Notes: generated by a model not told the origin, from the letters alone. DNA of 50,634 nt, filler included, from Catajapyx aquilonaris (GCA_000934665.2; 3 parts of 3 records of this genome joined end to end with filler, not necessarily neighbours in it), one strand, 5' to 3'. Shown: positions 12,405-26,400, counted from the first letter of the whole stretch. Numbers and translations: made by a program.

Positions 12405-12693
12405 GTATTGCCGGCCAACTCTTAAGCTGATTTAATTATGAAATTATGTTACAGTATGCGGAATAATTATCTACCTTGAGAAACGTGCCAGACGAATTTT
12501 CGCGAAAATTAAATAAGTTTGGGAGTTTTCAGATGGGACGGAGGAAAGCAGCAGATAAGTATTGATTGAATTCTTGCAAAGTACCACGATTTCAGCAAAT
12601 TCGCCTGGTACGGTTCTCGATGTAGATATTCCGTATATTTTAACGTATAGGCTATTTCATAATTAAATCAGACTAACCGTTGGCCGGAAGTAC
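12405..12693. mobile_element. MITE-like inverted repeat (~95-bp degenerate arms)
   Basis: ggtattgccggccaac...tgatttaattatgaaat...gacgaattt is mirrored by aaattcgcc...atttcataattaaatca...gttggccggaagtac. Confidence 0.6.
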
Positions 12694-12832
12694 TAGAATT
12701 TCGTTGTTTTTTTTGCGACTATCTCTGTGAAAATAATTTTAGGGATTTCTAAGCGACGAAAATTGTCTCCAATACATTCATAGTGCAGACTGTAGTGTAG
12801 AGCATAAAAGTGTTAGTATGATATGATACGTA

Positions 12833-13568
12833 TAGTAAGACCTCCGTGGCGGAATGAAAGTACTGAAACAAGGCAGGTGCAAGTAAGACCTTCACCAACT
12901 GATTTAAGCTGTACCATAGGACTTTCTCAAGTACTACTGCATGGAACACCTCGTAAAAATTACTGCCGCAAACTACTCAGAGCTGTAGGCAGGGTTTTAT
13001 TTTGAAAAGGAAAAAAAGGAAAAGAAAAAAAAAAACTAAACCAATCTTCACAGACTTGGAAATTTTCGCTCTAGAAAATGCGAAATCCAATCGAAAAAGG
13101 CCTTCGAAAATTCACCAATTTACGTTTACATGTGAAAAATTTAACATTAGAGTTAAAATCAGCATGGAAAAGAGGTGACGATTCTGCATGAATGTTTCAT
13201 GGCAATAATTCGCACCAATCGTATAGAAATTCAATGTCCTTAATATTGAAGTTCCTAATTTCAGAAAACAGTATGTTATATGGAGTGACTCATGGAAAAC
13301 TGATGGGTGGAATTTTCGTCGTACTACTAGTTACTGCTAACTTAGCAGTACCATTGCACTACACTGGTACTGCTAAGTTAGAAGTAACTAGTAGTACGAA
13401 GACGAGGACGAAAATATTCCACAAATTGCTTTCAGAAAGCAGATTTCATGAGTGGTAAATTGGAAATTGCTTGAGTAAGACCTATGGTACAGCTTAAATC
13501 AATTGGTGAAGGTCTTACGTGCGCCTGCCTTGTTTCAGTACTTTTATTCCGACACGGAGGTCTTACTA
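12833..13568. mobile_element. Tc1/mariner-pogo superfamily MITE with ~100-bp TIRs
   Basis: TA|tagtaagacctccgtggcggaat...ctgtaccataggactttctcaag (12833-12930) is mirrored by cttgagtaagacctatggtacag...cggaggtcttacta|TA (13470-13568). Confidence 0.8.
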
Positions 13569-14700
13569 TACATTTTTTACGGAAGGGATGTTTTTGCTCT
13601 TATTAATATTTAGCACAAAAACTTTCCTGTCATTTTCACTCCAAACACATTATACCTGAGTTCCTGGGATGTATAAGATGTATAAGAATTTTTCCTTGTC
13701 ACTTATTCAAAAGAGTTTCAATAGACGCATGCTCAAGAACCTCTCCAGCTATTGACTTGCAGATGTCACAAACTTGATTCCATTGGATTATGTAGGCCTA
13801 CCATATTAGTTTGCAAATCCACATTTTTGCCTACGCAATTTACTCGCTTCTTATGCCTGCATATGAGGTAACAGTCGCAAACTTCTCAGGATGGTCTCTT
13901 TTCTAATACTTGTTCCCACAGATACATTCATAAAATGTTAGCTAACTCTGGGTGCTTATACACCGCGTATTTCAGATTCAGATAAACATCTATAATATTA
14001 TAGAGTGCGAGTTCCTCCTCCCTATCTGATCACCACCATCCAGGTGTAATTTAATCCCCCCACATTGGTTCCCGAGTAACTGTGTGTCACATGCAAAGTA
14101 TCCAATATCCGGGCAAGTATGAGTCCCTCCACAATATTAAAAAAGGTCATATCATAAAATTAATTTAGACTGCCATCTCATTAGAAGAGGACGGCAGACG
14201 CGGACAGCATAAAATGTGTGGTATGCTGTATTGACACAGAGACTGGTATCACGCAAGGGTACATGGTCAAGTAGAATAGACTCGCAGCTCAACCCACGCA
14301 GCTTTTTTTCCTCCTATTAACTTGCAGCTAGTGAGATGGAGTGTGTTTGAGGTTGGTTTATGTGGAGAGTCTTTCCCAATTATTGTGTCATCTGTGGGGC
14401 TGTGGGGCCCGTGGACTGGTTCTGGGTTGGTGCATACCTAAGTTCTGTGGTGCATTTTACACTCGAGTGACACTAATACAGTTCATACAAAGGCGTCTCG
14501 TTTGCGGGGTATTAAAATGGAGACAAAGAAAACAATTAAGGCTAGGCCTAGCTAGGTCTGGCTATGTACTTTCAGTTGTCCGAGTGGGCACGCCGAGTGA
14601 CATATTACCAAATAGGCCGAGTAGGCACGTGCCTAGGACGGCAAATTTTAGGGGGCGGGAAATCTTATGGAGGCGGAAAATTTTTGAGCTCAGATTGAAG

Positions 14701-16683
14701 ATGCCCACTCACATTGTTGTGATTGTGGTGCTTTTTTTGTCATTGAATCCGGAAGCCTTTCACATCAAGCCTCTTTTGGAAAAAAACAAAGACTTGGACA
14801 CAGTGCGGGAGTTTCTAATCGAGGTTTTGCTCGTGATGCCACGTTTGCAGACGCCTCTGGTGATATCACACGACTATGACCGCTTACCCGATCAGCTAAT
14901 AGACATGATCAACTCTCGCCACGACAGATATGACCTGACCATGGTCATCAGGAGAGGGGGATCGGTCCAAGCCTTTCCAAGGCGATTCCCATTCACAGAC
15001 AAGACCGTCCATCTGGTTGCATCGTCCAGGGACACATTCAGCGACCTATTGAATCGACTGGACCAACTAGCGAATCTCCGAACACGACTGGACCATTTCG
15101 TCATCTGGATCAAAGAGTCATCAAAATACCGTGAGATTGAGAGTCTCTTCATGAATAAGCCGGCCTCTGACTTCAAGTACAAGGTAATTGTGACAACATC
15201 AGGAAACGGAAGCGCAGAGTTGAACTCGGTTTGCTTCTACTGCAACCACGGGGTACTAGAGTCGACGTATCTCGGTCCATTCTCAGCCGGTGATCGTCTG
15301 CCTGTCGTGGATGAAGTGTTTCCTGACTACACGCGAGACTTCAATGGGAAAGTGATGAGGGGATCGTTCATATATCCAATAGAAATGGAGGAGTCAGTCA
15401 GGAAAAGGAACAACGGGGAATACTTGAGCGCACTTGAAAATGCAATGTTATATGTTGGACAAGGCTTCAAAACCCCATGGATTATAACAACCTTCGAACT
15501 GACTGTGGAAAGTGCGAGTGATTCACCTCTTCCCAACGGTACGTGGATTGGTAAGATTGCTGAAGTAATGGCCGGCAAAGTTGAATTTGGATTCGCGGTC
15601 GTTCCAAATCCTGAAGTGATGGAGGTTGTCGAGCTTACCAGGGGTGTAATGACTGATTCTCTCACATATGTCACAACATTGCCAGGGAACTCCCACACAT
15701 GGCGTGTCATAGTGCAACCATTCACACTATTTTCTTGGGTACTAATTTTTGCTGGTATAATCCTGTCAGGTGTGGTCCTTTGGAGTATTGTTTTTGCCAA
15801 ATCAAAACTTTCTAGCTTTGACAAGCCATCGATGGGCAAGTACTTTGCATATTCCTCGGGGGCATTCGTAGGGCAGTTCAATTCTATCGATGATGACGGG
15901 TACACCATCAGAATTTTCCTGATATTTTTTCTCTACGCGACTCTGGTAATCAACACCTGCTACCAAGGCAAACTATTCGAATTCATGACCAATCCTGAGA
16001 AAGAGTTCTATCCTAATCATTATAGTGAACTATATGGTTCAGAATTCACTCTCTATTTCCCTACTCCTCATAAGCTAGTTTTTCAAAGCATGATGGAAAG
16101 GACCATCGATAAGACGACCCCATTTCATCTGGCCTTTGAGGAGTCACAAACAGTGTGGACCCTAAAGGAATGCGTAGAAATGTGCACGAAGGAAAAGGCA
16201 GCCTGCGGTAGTGTCTCGACTTTACTCTTCGAAGAAACCCATCAACATGTCGATGTTAATGGGAATTCCCTCTTGCAATACACAGATGCGTCTGCCCAGG
16301 AGTATTTTTTCCCAGTGGCTGTCCCACTGCGAGCACTCTACCTTGACCATTTCAATTTCGTCATATTGAACGCTCTTGCTTTTGGATTTAGAGAAGCTTG
16401 GATAGACTCCTCCAATTATGGGCAATTTTTCAAGGGGCTGAAAGAGGTGCAAAGTAAAGCTAAATTGACGGGCGAAATTATGGGAGTGGAAGTTGAAAAA
16501 TTCGGAATGAAACAGCTGACTGGACCATTCTATTTGCTGGGGGTTGGATTAATTCTGAGTTTGGTTGCATTCGTATCTGAATGTTCTCTGTCTTGTTTTG
16601 GAAGATGCTGCTCCAAACGAAACCAAGCCCCTGTCCATGTTCTCCCACAAAATATCTACGAAAGTCTACCTAAGCAAAAATAA
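14701..16683 (+). CDS. Divergent ionotropic receptor (chemosensory IR) copy 3, 660 aa, uninterrupted CDS
   Basis: Full-length paralog of copies 1 and 2 with the same S1-M1-P-M2-S2-M3 layout. ATG at 14701 aligns with the paralog starts; the 120 codons upstream in the ORF track are not conserved. Confidence 0.9.
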   Translation: MPTHIVVIVVLFLSLNPEAFHIKPLLEKNKDLDTVREFLIEVLLVMPRLQTPLVISHDYDRLPDQLIDMINSRHDRYDLTMVIRRGGSVQAFPRRFPFTDKTVHLVASSRDTFSDLLNRLDQLANLRTRLDHFVIWIKESSKYREIESLFMNKPASDFKYKVIVTTSGNGSAELNSVCFYCNHGVLESTYLGPFSAGDRLPVVDEVFPDYTRDFNGKVMRGSFIYPIEMEESVRKRNNGEYLSALENAMLYVGQGFKTPWIITTFELTVESASDSPLPNGTWIGKIAEVMAGKVEFGFAVVPNPEVMEVVELTRGVMTDSLTYVTTLPGNSHTWRVIVQPFTLFSWVLIFAGIILSGVVLWSIVFAKSKLSSFDKPSMGKYFAYSSGAFVGQFNSIDDDGYTIRIFLIFFLYATLVINTCYQGKLFEFMTNPEKEFYPNHYSELYGSEFTLYFPTPHKLVFQSMMERTIDKTTPFHLAFEESQTVWTLKECVEMCTKEKAACGSVSTLLFEETHQHVDVNGNSLLQYTDASAQEYFFPVAVPLRALYLDHFNFVILNALAFGFREAWIDSSNYGQFFKGLKEVQSKAKLTGEIMGVEVEKFGMKQLTGPFYLLGVGLILSLVAFVSECSLSCFGRCCSKRNQAPVHVLPQNIYESLPKQK

Positions 16684-16792
16684 ATAAGGTGAAGTGGGGG
16701 AAGTGCACACCCGGGGTAAGTGCACATATTGTGCCGCCATATTGGAATGAAAATGGCTGACGACACCAAAACGCGTCAGCTATGTAGCTCCA

Positions 16793-16892
16793 NNNNNNNN
16801 NNNNNNNNNNNNNNNNNNNNNNNNNNNNNNNNNNNNTTAATTAATTAANNNNNNNNNNNNNNNNNNNNNNNNNNNNNNNNNNNNNNNNNNNN
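16793..16892. other. Artificial 100-nt contig spacer (N...TTAATTAATTAA...N)
   Basis: N-run with a central six-frame-stop linker; an identical structure occurs at 33746-33845. Confidence 0.95.
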
Positions 16893-17125
16893 GCCGCATG
16901 GAATTCAACGCGGGATATCCCTCGTCACAAAATGTGGATATGCTTTTTCAATTGGGAATGAAACAAGCGGCCTGTGCAATAACCAAAATCGGGATTGTAT
17001 AGCTACGTCGCATCCATATTAAACAACGCACTGTCCAAACATCCAGCGCATACGAAGTTTCGGATTTTAGTTGGGCAGTCGCAACTACGGGCAGCACAAA
17101 TATCAACACAAAAAAATACACCTAC

Positions 17126-17295
17126 CTTGAGTTGACCATTGAGGGCAATCAGACATGTCGGGCTGAAAGCCAAGCTGAGGAAATGTGCCAGCGGGAACCA
17201 GTACCAATACTGGGTGAAGACCAGCATTCCAACCACTGACATGAGCGAGGTATGCCCGGTCCTGGATTGCAGCGACACGCTCACATTCCTTCCAC
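17126..17295 (-). CDS. PSMD1: 26S proteasome non-ATPase regulatory subunit 1 (PSMD1/Rpn2), internal exon, 4th of 4 seen
   Basis: ttttggcag|[58 protein letters not shown]|gtaggt. 170 nt; the phase-1 start fits the previous exon. Confidence 0.95.
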
Positions 17296-19757
17296 CTGCC
17301 AAAAGACATAAACCAAGTAAGTCAATGTGAACAGCTTGAACGCATTAGTCCCACCGGAGGAAGGACCAGAACGAAACGAGCGAATCCCAGAGAAAGGAGT
17401 TCGCGGTAAATGAAAGATGCAGCCTATCCAATCTTCATTTCCTTGATGCTCTCCTACTCCTACCCCCCAACTCGCATTTCTCACTCTAAAGCTGCTTCTA
17501 AAATTTAGCTCCAGGGTTTCTATACCGCTGCGAGGGGAGAAAAAAAAAACTGCACAAGAAAAGCTCTGGAGCTTAAAGCCAGCGTTTGTATAGGAGATTG
17601 AGCAGCGAAGCACTGTAAGAGCAAACAACAGGAAATGGTTTTCGGTTCATCCTGGCAGTTACCTAAACCATCAGCTTCAATTGTGCTGCGAGTTGCGGGA
17701 CACACAGGGGTCCTAGGCCAGTTCAAGGTTGAGTGATTGAGCTCCTGTAAAACAAGCCACGTGGCGAACAAGAGACGCGCATAGGTTAGCTGCTCTCCAG
17801 GATGAATCCGTACCGTACTGTACCTCAAAAGAGAGAGTTCGCATTGTGTCGGAAGCAAACGTAGAGAAAGGTAGCGGTGCTCATTCTGCGAGTCGATACG
17901 TGGTTGGATTCTGAATCGGGAGCTGCCCATTCAACCGTTCTTGCAGTGAAATAGTTTGATTGTTCCCTCTAAGTAAATGTTCACTCGCATGGCCGCGCGG
18001 CAAACCAATTCTGCCGCTCAAACAAGGGTTCATTTTTACTGGTCACTGGCCCAACGCCAATCCGATCAACTCGTGTCTGCACACTATATACTCACTTTAT
18101 GCAAACTTTCTATTGACCTGGCCCAAGTACGAATGAACCGTGATGTATCAATGTACGTGACTGATTGCAATTATTAACGTGACTCTTGGCAGGTATAATC
18201 AAATATGGATAAATCCAAGGGGAATTCGTGGCTCGAATTTTTGCTGGAGCATGACTACGAAATGCGAGGTGCATGTAAGTGCTGAGACTCCGTTTCGTTT
18301 CATGAGGCGCAGTAGGCAAGTACTAATGAGTGTCCGTTCACGTGTCCGTTCCACTCCGTGCACTGAAGCAGTGCCTGGAACGAAGCGGAGAGGACAGACC
18401 ATAGGCATGCCCCCATGACCTCCAATGCAGAAACGATTTTTAAGTTTCGAAGCTACATATAAAACGCCCCAGCACCAAGTAAGCACTATTGGCGGTACCT
18501 TTACTGTCGCTGAAGGTAAAATAGAGCACACCTGTAATTATATTACATGCTACTGAATTGTTAACTTCTGCGTAATTAACCGCTCCGAAGCACCTGACGT
18601 TTATTTGGTACAGAAATGTTTTATAGGTAAAATCTGGCCTTCCAGACCTCCCCAAGAGATTAGACTAAAAGCTCTTCCTAAGAAAGCTTTTCTTCTCCCA
18701 AGCTTCCTTCTCTCCCACCAACTTCTTCGGCTTTCAACTCATGGCCATCTGGCTAATACTTTAATGGACAACGTGGCTTTTTCATCTCGCACCTTGCTCT
18801 GGCCACCAGACCTCCCACAAATCCTGGACAAAGATTTTCACCAGCTAAGCTGCTACAGAGAACCCAGAAACACTAAATAGCCTACTTTGTGAAAGTAATT
18901 TCTACATGACAAACGAATTAAAATGAAGCAAACCTGCTCTGCACTTCAAAGAGAAAAACTCTGTACATACAGACGCATGATAAGGCCATTTTCTGACACA
19001 TTTTCAGAGTGCGTCACGAAAATTTTACCTCACATTATGCGTACAGAAACAAACTGCATTTTTATGCCATAATGATGTCAATGGTGTCGGGAGTTCAAGC
19101 TCCTGTTGGAAAATCCTGTGTTGATAGCAATTGTTAAGAGGATCACTGGTCTATTTTCAAGAGCACAATACTTCGCATCAAGTTAACCTCCAACTGTATG
19201 AACAACATGCGATGGAATATGAAGATTTGACTGTGATAATTTCGCATAGAAAAACCATCAACAACTGTCAGGAAAAAAACAATGCGTTGATGTCGGTATC
19301 AATAACGACCGCTACACAACATCACAAAACTCATGAATAGCTCGTCCAATATGCGCAAAGGACGAAGGCCAGAGGCAACGCATGGCGTAACAGAAATATG
19401 GAATACCATGTATGATAGCGGAATAAATGGTCCACTAAAGTCCCCCACCATGAATAAATAACGGACCGTCGTATTGGAGTCGGGACAAACGTTATATCAC
19501 ACTAGATGGGCACGTTTTTGACTCTGCAGAAAAAAAAAAGCGCTTTGACGGCGACTCGGAAAAGGATCGGCACTCTTTCCGCCTTGTCGAAAAGAATAAA
19601 AATCTTGCGCGGACCTTTGAAACATGTCGACCTTCTTGTGCAGTCTACCGTACCCGCAATAGGATTTTTTTCCACTCTCTTTGTTCGTCTCTGACAGTGG
19701 GCGGAACTTTCATCAAAAATACTTCTTACTGTAAAGAAAATGGGAGGGGGTACGCAC

Positions 19758-19860
19758 CTGCGTCGATGATTCCTTGCGCTAAGATGGCTCCAAATTTCGC
19801 CATGACATCGTCGTGCTTATCTGCTATCACCTTTGCATAAATGTTGCGGAACTCCTTCAC
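19758..19860 (-). CDS. PSMD1: PSMD1/Rpn2 internal exon, 3rd of 4 seen
   Basis: ttccag|[35 protein letters not shown]|gtgcgt. 103 nt. Confidence 0.95.
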
Positions 19861-21921
19861 CTGGAAGTAAATCAGAAATAATTGGGAGACACGGAGGGCA
19901 CATCGAAGTTGTATTAATAAACGCTGCGAATAAGCATAAACCCACTGAAGTTCTGAATGCATTCTAATTAGAGGAAACAAACTTCTATCGAGTTCTCTCA
20001 GGCGGCTGTTCGGTGTCTAATAGGAAATAACATTCGAGTCTTGTCAGAATACAAGTCCGCATTTTAGCCGCAGGTGGGCCTTATGATCAATTTCGCAGTT
20101 CTCTTCTGTGAGACAATATAAACTATTCCTTCGGGCGTGGAATGTGTCTGCATTGTCCGGAATGAAACCTTTCCAATTGCAAAATTTTATCCAAACAATG
20201 CCACCGGGAAACTTCTTTCCTTATAGTATATTCCAGTGCTATACCTCTCTGTCTTTCAAGGCGGCTCATGAAATATGGACTAAAGTAATTCTCGCAAAAC
20301 TAAAATTAATTCACCCAGAATACTCCAACACTCCAGAAAAAACGCCTAAAAAGCAGGGGTAAGCTTGTACGTGGCAAACAAATTTATGTCCCCTTCAACT
20401 TTTCCTTCACGCTACGTAATTCTGTAGGCCTACAACTATAACTTCTCTCTGTGGCTGACATTTTGTCAAAACCAACTTATTCACGCGGCATTACAAAGGA
20501 GAGAATTCACACTGGGCAGTTTTGAAACAAGTATACGAAACATGGGTGTAAAGGGCAGAAAGAATTTTAAAAACACCCTATGAGTATCGGGCGCCCGTGC
20601 TAAAAAGTCTCACTACTCTGTCCATGATGCCCATGACCATTATGCAAGTTCTAAAATCTCCAGCACCAATTCTCCCTGAACCCCTGTTAACCTTGCCATT
20701 CTCCAATATAGGACAGCCAATTTTTCACGCTAATCATAATTAGCACTGGAGGCCNGGGGGGATGTGAGGTCCCCATCGGCGTGGGGGTAGAGAGGTGCTT
20801 GACTTGCACAGCCTTCATCTAAACCGTATAGCATGCGATTTCTACCCTTTGGATGTGCGAAATTGTTCATTTACAGCTTTAATTGACAACTTTGCCAATG
20901 AACTTCTGCACATCAAAAAATAAGGTTAATAAAATCAGCAGGTCGACATGAAGGGCATATCATTTGCCTGGCAACAACCTGAGGGGGTGGGCTTGCCATT
21001 GACCTCTAAGGCCTCCAACCACTCACATCTCCCACGTTGATTAATCCCTTTTTGTCGGTGTTTCGCTGGAAGCATTCTGGCGAAAGTCTCGCGGGAATAT
21101 CTCTCTCACTTTGGTTAATTAATTTCAAATAATTAGGACCTAATATGTCTTCAGGCTGTAGTAGGCTCAGAAATCGTGCAAGTAACCAGGGTCAAATGTC
21201 ATCGACACACAGGCTTGAATAGTCTATAACCTGAGCTGGTATTGCCCCATGTAGAATCTAAATTGCCATTAGAAACTTTTAATCCGGTAAGAGAAGTCAG
21301 TCATGCATAATGGTGCCCGAAACAGATCACATGCCGGATCACTTTACCTCTACACTGTTTCAGCTTCAATCTATTACCACAGAAACCGCAGCATGTTGGT
21401 TCAATATCCACCCAAACCCACAGGCCATTAACATAAAATTGACAAACAAAAACCTAGGTCCGGATCATGTTTAAACCTACCGACACGTACACCCTTGTGC
21501 GGTCTGTAAAGCTCGAAACGATGTACATTCTGGTGAAACTTTCTCCATCAACATTTAACGATGTTATAATACTTTTGTCCTTGCCTCGACACTGGACCAA
21601 AGTCCTGCTAATCTGCTCGGAAAGAAGCCCGGCTGGTGTCATGCGCGAAGAAAACGGAACCCTAAACGACGGCATCTGCCATGTTTTTATGGCAGCCAAC
21701 TTGCTTTCATTGCCCACTCGAATGAAAACGTGCCGGCAAGTCAACAATGACCCTTTTGCTCTGGAGGACCTATCTTCAATCGCGACACCAAAGTCAAGGA
21801 CACCAGATTATTTTCTCTCCCAACTTTCCACTTATATACGATAGTCCGTTTTGTCTCGAACGGAAGGAATCCTCTGAGCATACGCATAAGTTCCTGTGGT
21901 TTTATAAACTAATAGACCTAC

Positions 21922-22038
21922 CTTTGGGCAAGTGCCTTCTGTTTGCTGAATGAGGATGAGTGCTGATGATATCAATGCACCTTGACGCACATAGTTGACA
22001 GGGTCGTTTGTCATGGGCTCCAGTAATGCAATGGCCTC
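21922..22038 (-). CDS. PSMD1: PSMD1/Rpn2 internal exon, 2nd of 4 seen
   Basis: tttcag|[39 protein letters not shown]|gtaggt. 117 nt. Confidence 0.95.
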
Positions 22039-23217
22039 CTGAAAGTACAAAAAGGGGAAGGTAACAATTTGTAGAAAAAGTTCAGCCTACTACACGAATG
22101 TCATATTATAGTCTACATTATAAAAGTGTATAAAATGCATAAAATATTCATAAACAATAACAACCAGTTCAGTGAAGGAAATAATTCATAATCCTTGCTG
22201 ATGCTGAGCTGGTGGAAGCATAGCTTAAACCATAAAATCTGTACGTGGCGGAAGGTAGAAATGCAAAGCATGGCATTCCCTGCTTTGCTCTCTTTCATAC
22301 ACCTCAGCCCGTAGCCAGCTTGCGAAGCTCTTCCGCGGCATCCAATGTCACGTTCCCGGAAGAGGCCAGGTAACAAGTCATCTGTACGATATGCATCTGA
22401 CACACACACATTTTCTGAGTGCCTCTCACAATACTCTGACGCATAAAAGGTTACAGAGACGAAGGAAGACAATAAAAATTACCCCTGCATTACATTCACA
22501 ATGAAATTGCTGTGGCAATGCGGTTAACGTTAGATATCCAGTTTCGTGAATTCCATGTGGCTAAAACGGCCAGTATGTAGAGCTCATTTTTTCGATCCTT
22601 GTTACTCCTAATAAGATCGTATAGTTTAAATTTAAATTGCATGGCAATCTTTACACGAGATAAAATGGCAAGGGACACATACCTGCTAGAATATTTCATA
22701 GACTACTTGGCGTTTGAATCAAAATTTCTCGATATCCATGCTCCGGAGCTAACATGCTATATGAAAAGTGATCCTCAGGTATACCCACCTGTTTACCTCC
22801 AAAAGTTACGAGTAGGCCCTATATACGTCATCGTAAAACTAACATGTACAATATATTAGTATATTACAGCAGTCGCTGAAAAGCACGACCCTGACATTTC
22901 GCGAAAAGGTCAACAAACAATTGGGAGTTTGATTCCCTTGGCATGTCGATACCGCAAATATAAAACCCTTCTATCAGCTAACTGGGCATTATAGGCTATA
23001 TATCCAACTCCGGACTTTTGCATGGGGGCGGACAATATCAGCCTTTGACCTTAGCCTCGATAGAGCCGCGACTTCATCATTACACGAAGCCTTATCCAAC
23101 TCCTCGGGATGAAATGAAAGCCAAACACCAAGGCATTTTACAACTCGTGTCAAAATTAATTAATCGAGCCCACACGAGTCCACCTACGGCACACGCTTTG
23201 TGAAATCCAGGGGGTTA

Positions 23218-23478
<261 letters not shown>

Positions 23479-26400
23479 TCAATGCTAGATCCTATGCTAT
23501 TTCGCAGGCCAATCCGATCACGAGCCTTCCTGCACCTTAGGTTGCACGGGTAGTAGCTGAATGTGGAGGCGAATGAGGGCGAGAATTTGTCTGGTCTCTG
23601 GCGAAACTGCTCTAGAAGATTATGGAACCATTTCATTTGTAAGTTGAAACTCCAACCTTCAATTAAAGCCTTAGCTCCCATGCCAGATATTTTTAAAGCT
23701 TTTTGAAGAGACTTGGATTCAAGTGTCGGTCAACTGAACATCCAATAAAAACTCTAAAAAGACCGGATTGGAAAGGATTGCGCTGTAACTTTATCGGAAG
23801 TCCTAGAAATGGCATTTTCCCTTCCCAGAAACTACTCGGATATATATCCTTCAGATCTAGGAGCTGTACCAGTGTGGTAAACACTCTGCAACCGATATGT
23901 TGCAAAGAAAACTTTTTAATGCGCATAAGCCCTTGGCAAGTCTAACAAATGCAATCTCAGAATTGATATGCATAACGCATTTCAAATAACGGATATAGCA
24001 AGGAAAAAACCTATTATTCTAGCCAGTAAAAACCTCCAAGAGAAGCTCATAATGGAAAACGTCAAGGGGATTGACATCATAAAAATATGACCATACCGAG
24101 CGGAAAGAATATCAGCGATTCTTTCTCCTTCTGTCTCACCTTCAGTCAACATCCGGAAATGGAAAATGCCTTCTGCTAATCAATCATGTTCCCTAGCGCG
24201 GTAATAACATCTATTACGTCCAGAAGGTGAAGTAATAGCCTCTGGAGCTAATCCACATTAACAGAGGGATACAACTTGCAATTCGAATGGTTTTCATGAC
24301 ACCGTGTGTCGTAATATGAAGCCAATGCCAAAATCTCAGGAAGGTTTATCAAGGCCAGTGATTACGAGGAGACTATAACCGTCGCTTCCGAAATCACTGT
24401 CCAAATTGGCGGGGAGAAAAATTTCTAATCACATAGTAAATTCCCTGGGCTCCCACGTTAATTGACTTATCGCCAGGGGACTATTACTAGTGGGAAATTG
24501 CCAAATGATTGTCATTTCAGAGGAAACTAAACAGGTGAATCAACGCCCGTGTAATTCCATCATGCCAACGGTCTTTAAAAAATGGTCAGGTTGGCTCGTT
24601 AAAAATACTGCGCAACAAAAATTACTGTACAAGTTAAAAAATATTAACACGTGCTTAGGATAAAACGTGGCACTATGAAACAATACCATTCGAAAACAGT
24701 GCCTGATGAAAATGTTTTAATCCTCCCTGCTCAACCAAAAGAAAATAATATTTAAAAAACCATAGCATTACTCAATAAAATAAATTAGGCGGCTGCTATA
24801 CCCGGAGATTAGCTGGAATAAACACGGCAAGTGCAAATTCATGTTGGACGTTAATGCGAAGTTAGAAAACCTGTTGCTTACACATAACGCAAGAAATCAC
24901 ACGCTCGCGGATAAAGAGCAGCCCATATTACATGCAATGGTAATTTTTTAACTGTGCGCAACACAAAGACTGTTATAAACCACAAAAAAATCACTGATGG
25001 CTGCTATACAATGGCATATTATAAAAATTAAAGACTGCATTATTTTTCCGCAGGGATCCCTAATGTAATGTACTGCGGTACATTCTTTGAAGTGCGCCGC
25101 TTTTGTTCAATCCGTCTATATTTATCAAAGGTCGTAATCACTGCAAAAGAAAACTTATAGCAGAAACGCATCACAAAATTCGGGCGTGAGCTGCAAATCA
25201 GTTACGTCCTGCTCTCATTTCGGATCCAAAAACATATGGAACACTGTTTTTTGCTCGAGGCAGCTCTTTCTACAGGATCTTTTCAATATTTCTCGCTTCT
25301 CTATACAATAATTATCACATTTACTCGTTGAAAAGGCGAACCCCTTCTAAGGCAAAAAAAAAACAACAACAAAAACCCCACGTACATACCTTGGCAGCGT
25401 TAAATTACATTACTTATTAAGCATATTGGTGCCGTGGATTTCAATCAGCGTCTACAATGAGACTTGAAAGGCCTGCCTGCAAGCGACAGTACTTCATCTC
25501 GGCAAAGTGCACTTTGGGAGAGAAAATAGTCAAACGCAGAAATGAGAAAGCAAGGGCTGTCACTTGCCAATTACACACTGCCAGAAATGAAACAGACACC
25601 AGACGTATAGCAACATCCATTAGCTTCGAGTCTTTCAAACAATATTAGTGGGAGAGAAACCGCTTCAGCACATGCCAGATTTTACCGGACCACGATGGTC
25701 ATGGTCGAAAGCAATATCCACACCTCTTAGCCCACCTCGACATACTCCATGATATTCTACATTAATACGCTCTTTGCAAAACCAATGTACTGCATACTCA
25801 CGCTGAATTCCCACAGCTAAGCAGCAGCATGTAGTTTGTACAACAAATAATTTCACTGATGGCATTTCATACGTGCACGGAATAATCCTCACGCCTCCTG
25901 ACAGTGTAGAGTCCATTCAAACAGAGTGCACGTATCATTAACGGGACACTAATACTATGCTGTTTATACGCACGTGGTAAAATCGGGCTTCAATATTAAG
26001 TGATCAGGGCGGTTTCAACAACATTCATGGGATTACCCTACAGGCACAAACACTGAAACATGGCCCATAGCTTTCATGTATGGTACGTCAATGGTTCTCA
26101 TATTCGCATCGATGCCCTCTGCAGCCAATGAAGTTACGTAGCATGCATTATATCGAGGCGTTGGGAAAATAACACAATTACCATGCAAAACCAACGCTGG
26201 AGCAGAATTTTAAAAATTGCCGGTATGGCGAGGACACTCAGAACGTCAGTCGACACTTCCTGGCATGCTAAACGACATACCGGTATACAGTTCCAATAAA
26301 ACCGGGTTTTAAGCTTCACTGCGAATACATACTCGACAAAAAGAGGGGCAATTCTCTTCATTGGCAGTGGAGGGAGGATGGAAGGGTACTGCACGGTAAG

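Noticed and set aside
15327..15908. Recurrent antisense ORFs over the IR and oxygenase genes
   Set aside because: Shadow ORFs that recur only because the sense genes are duplicated; no recognisable protein features.
16837..16848. TTAATTAATTAA motif as a biological site
   Set aside because: Embedded symmetrically in a 100-nt N-run and repeated identically at the second gap; an assembly linker.
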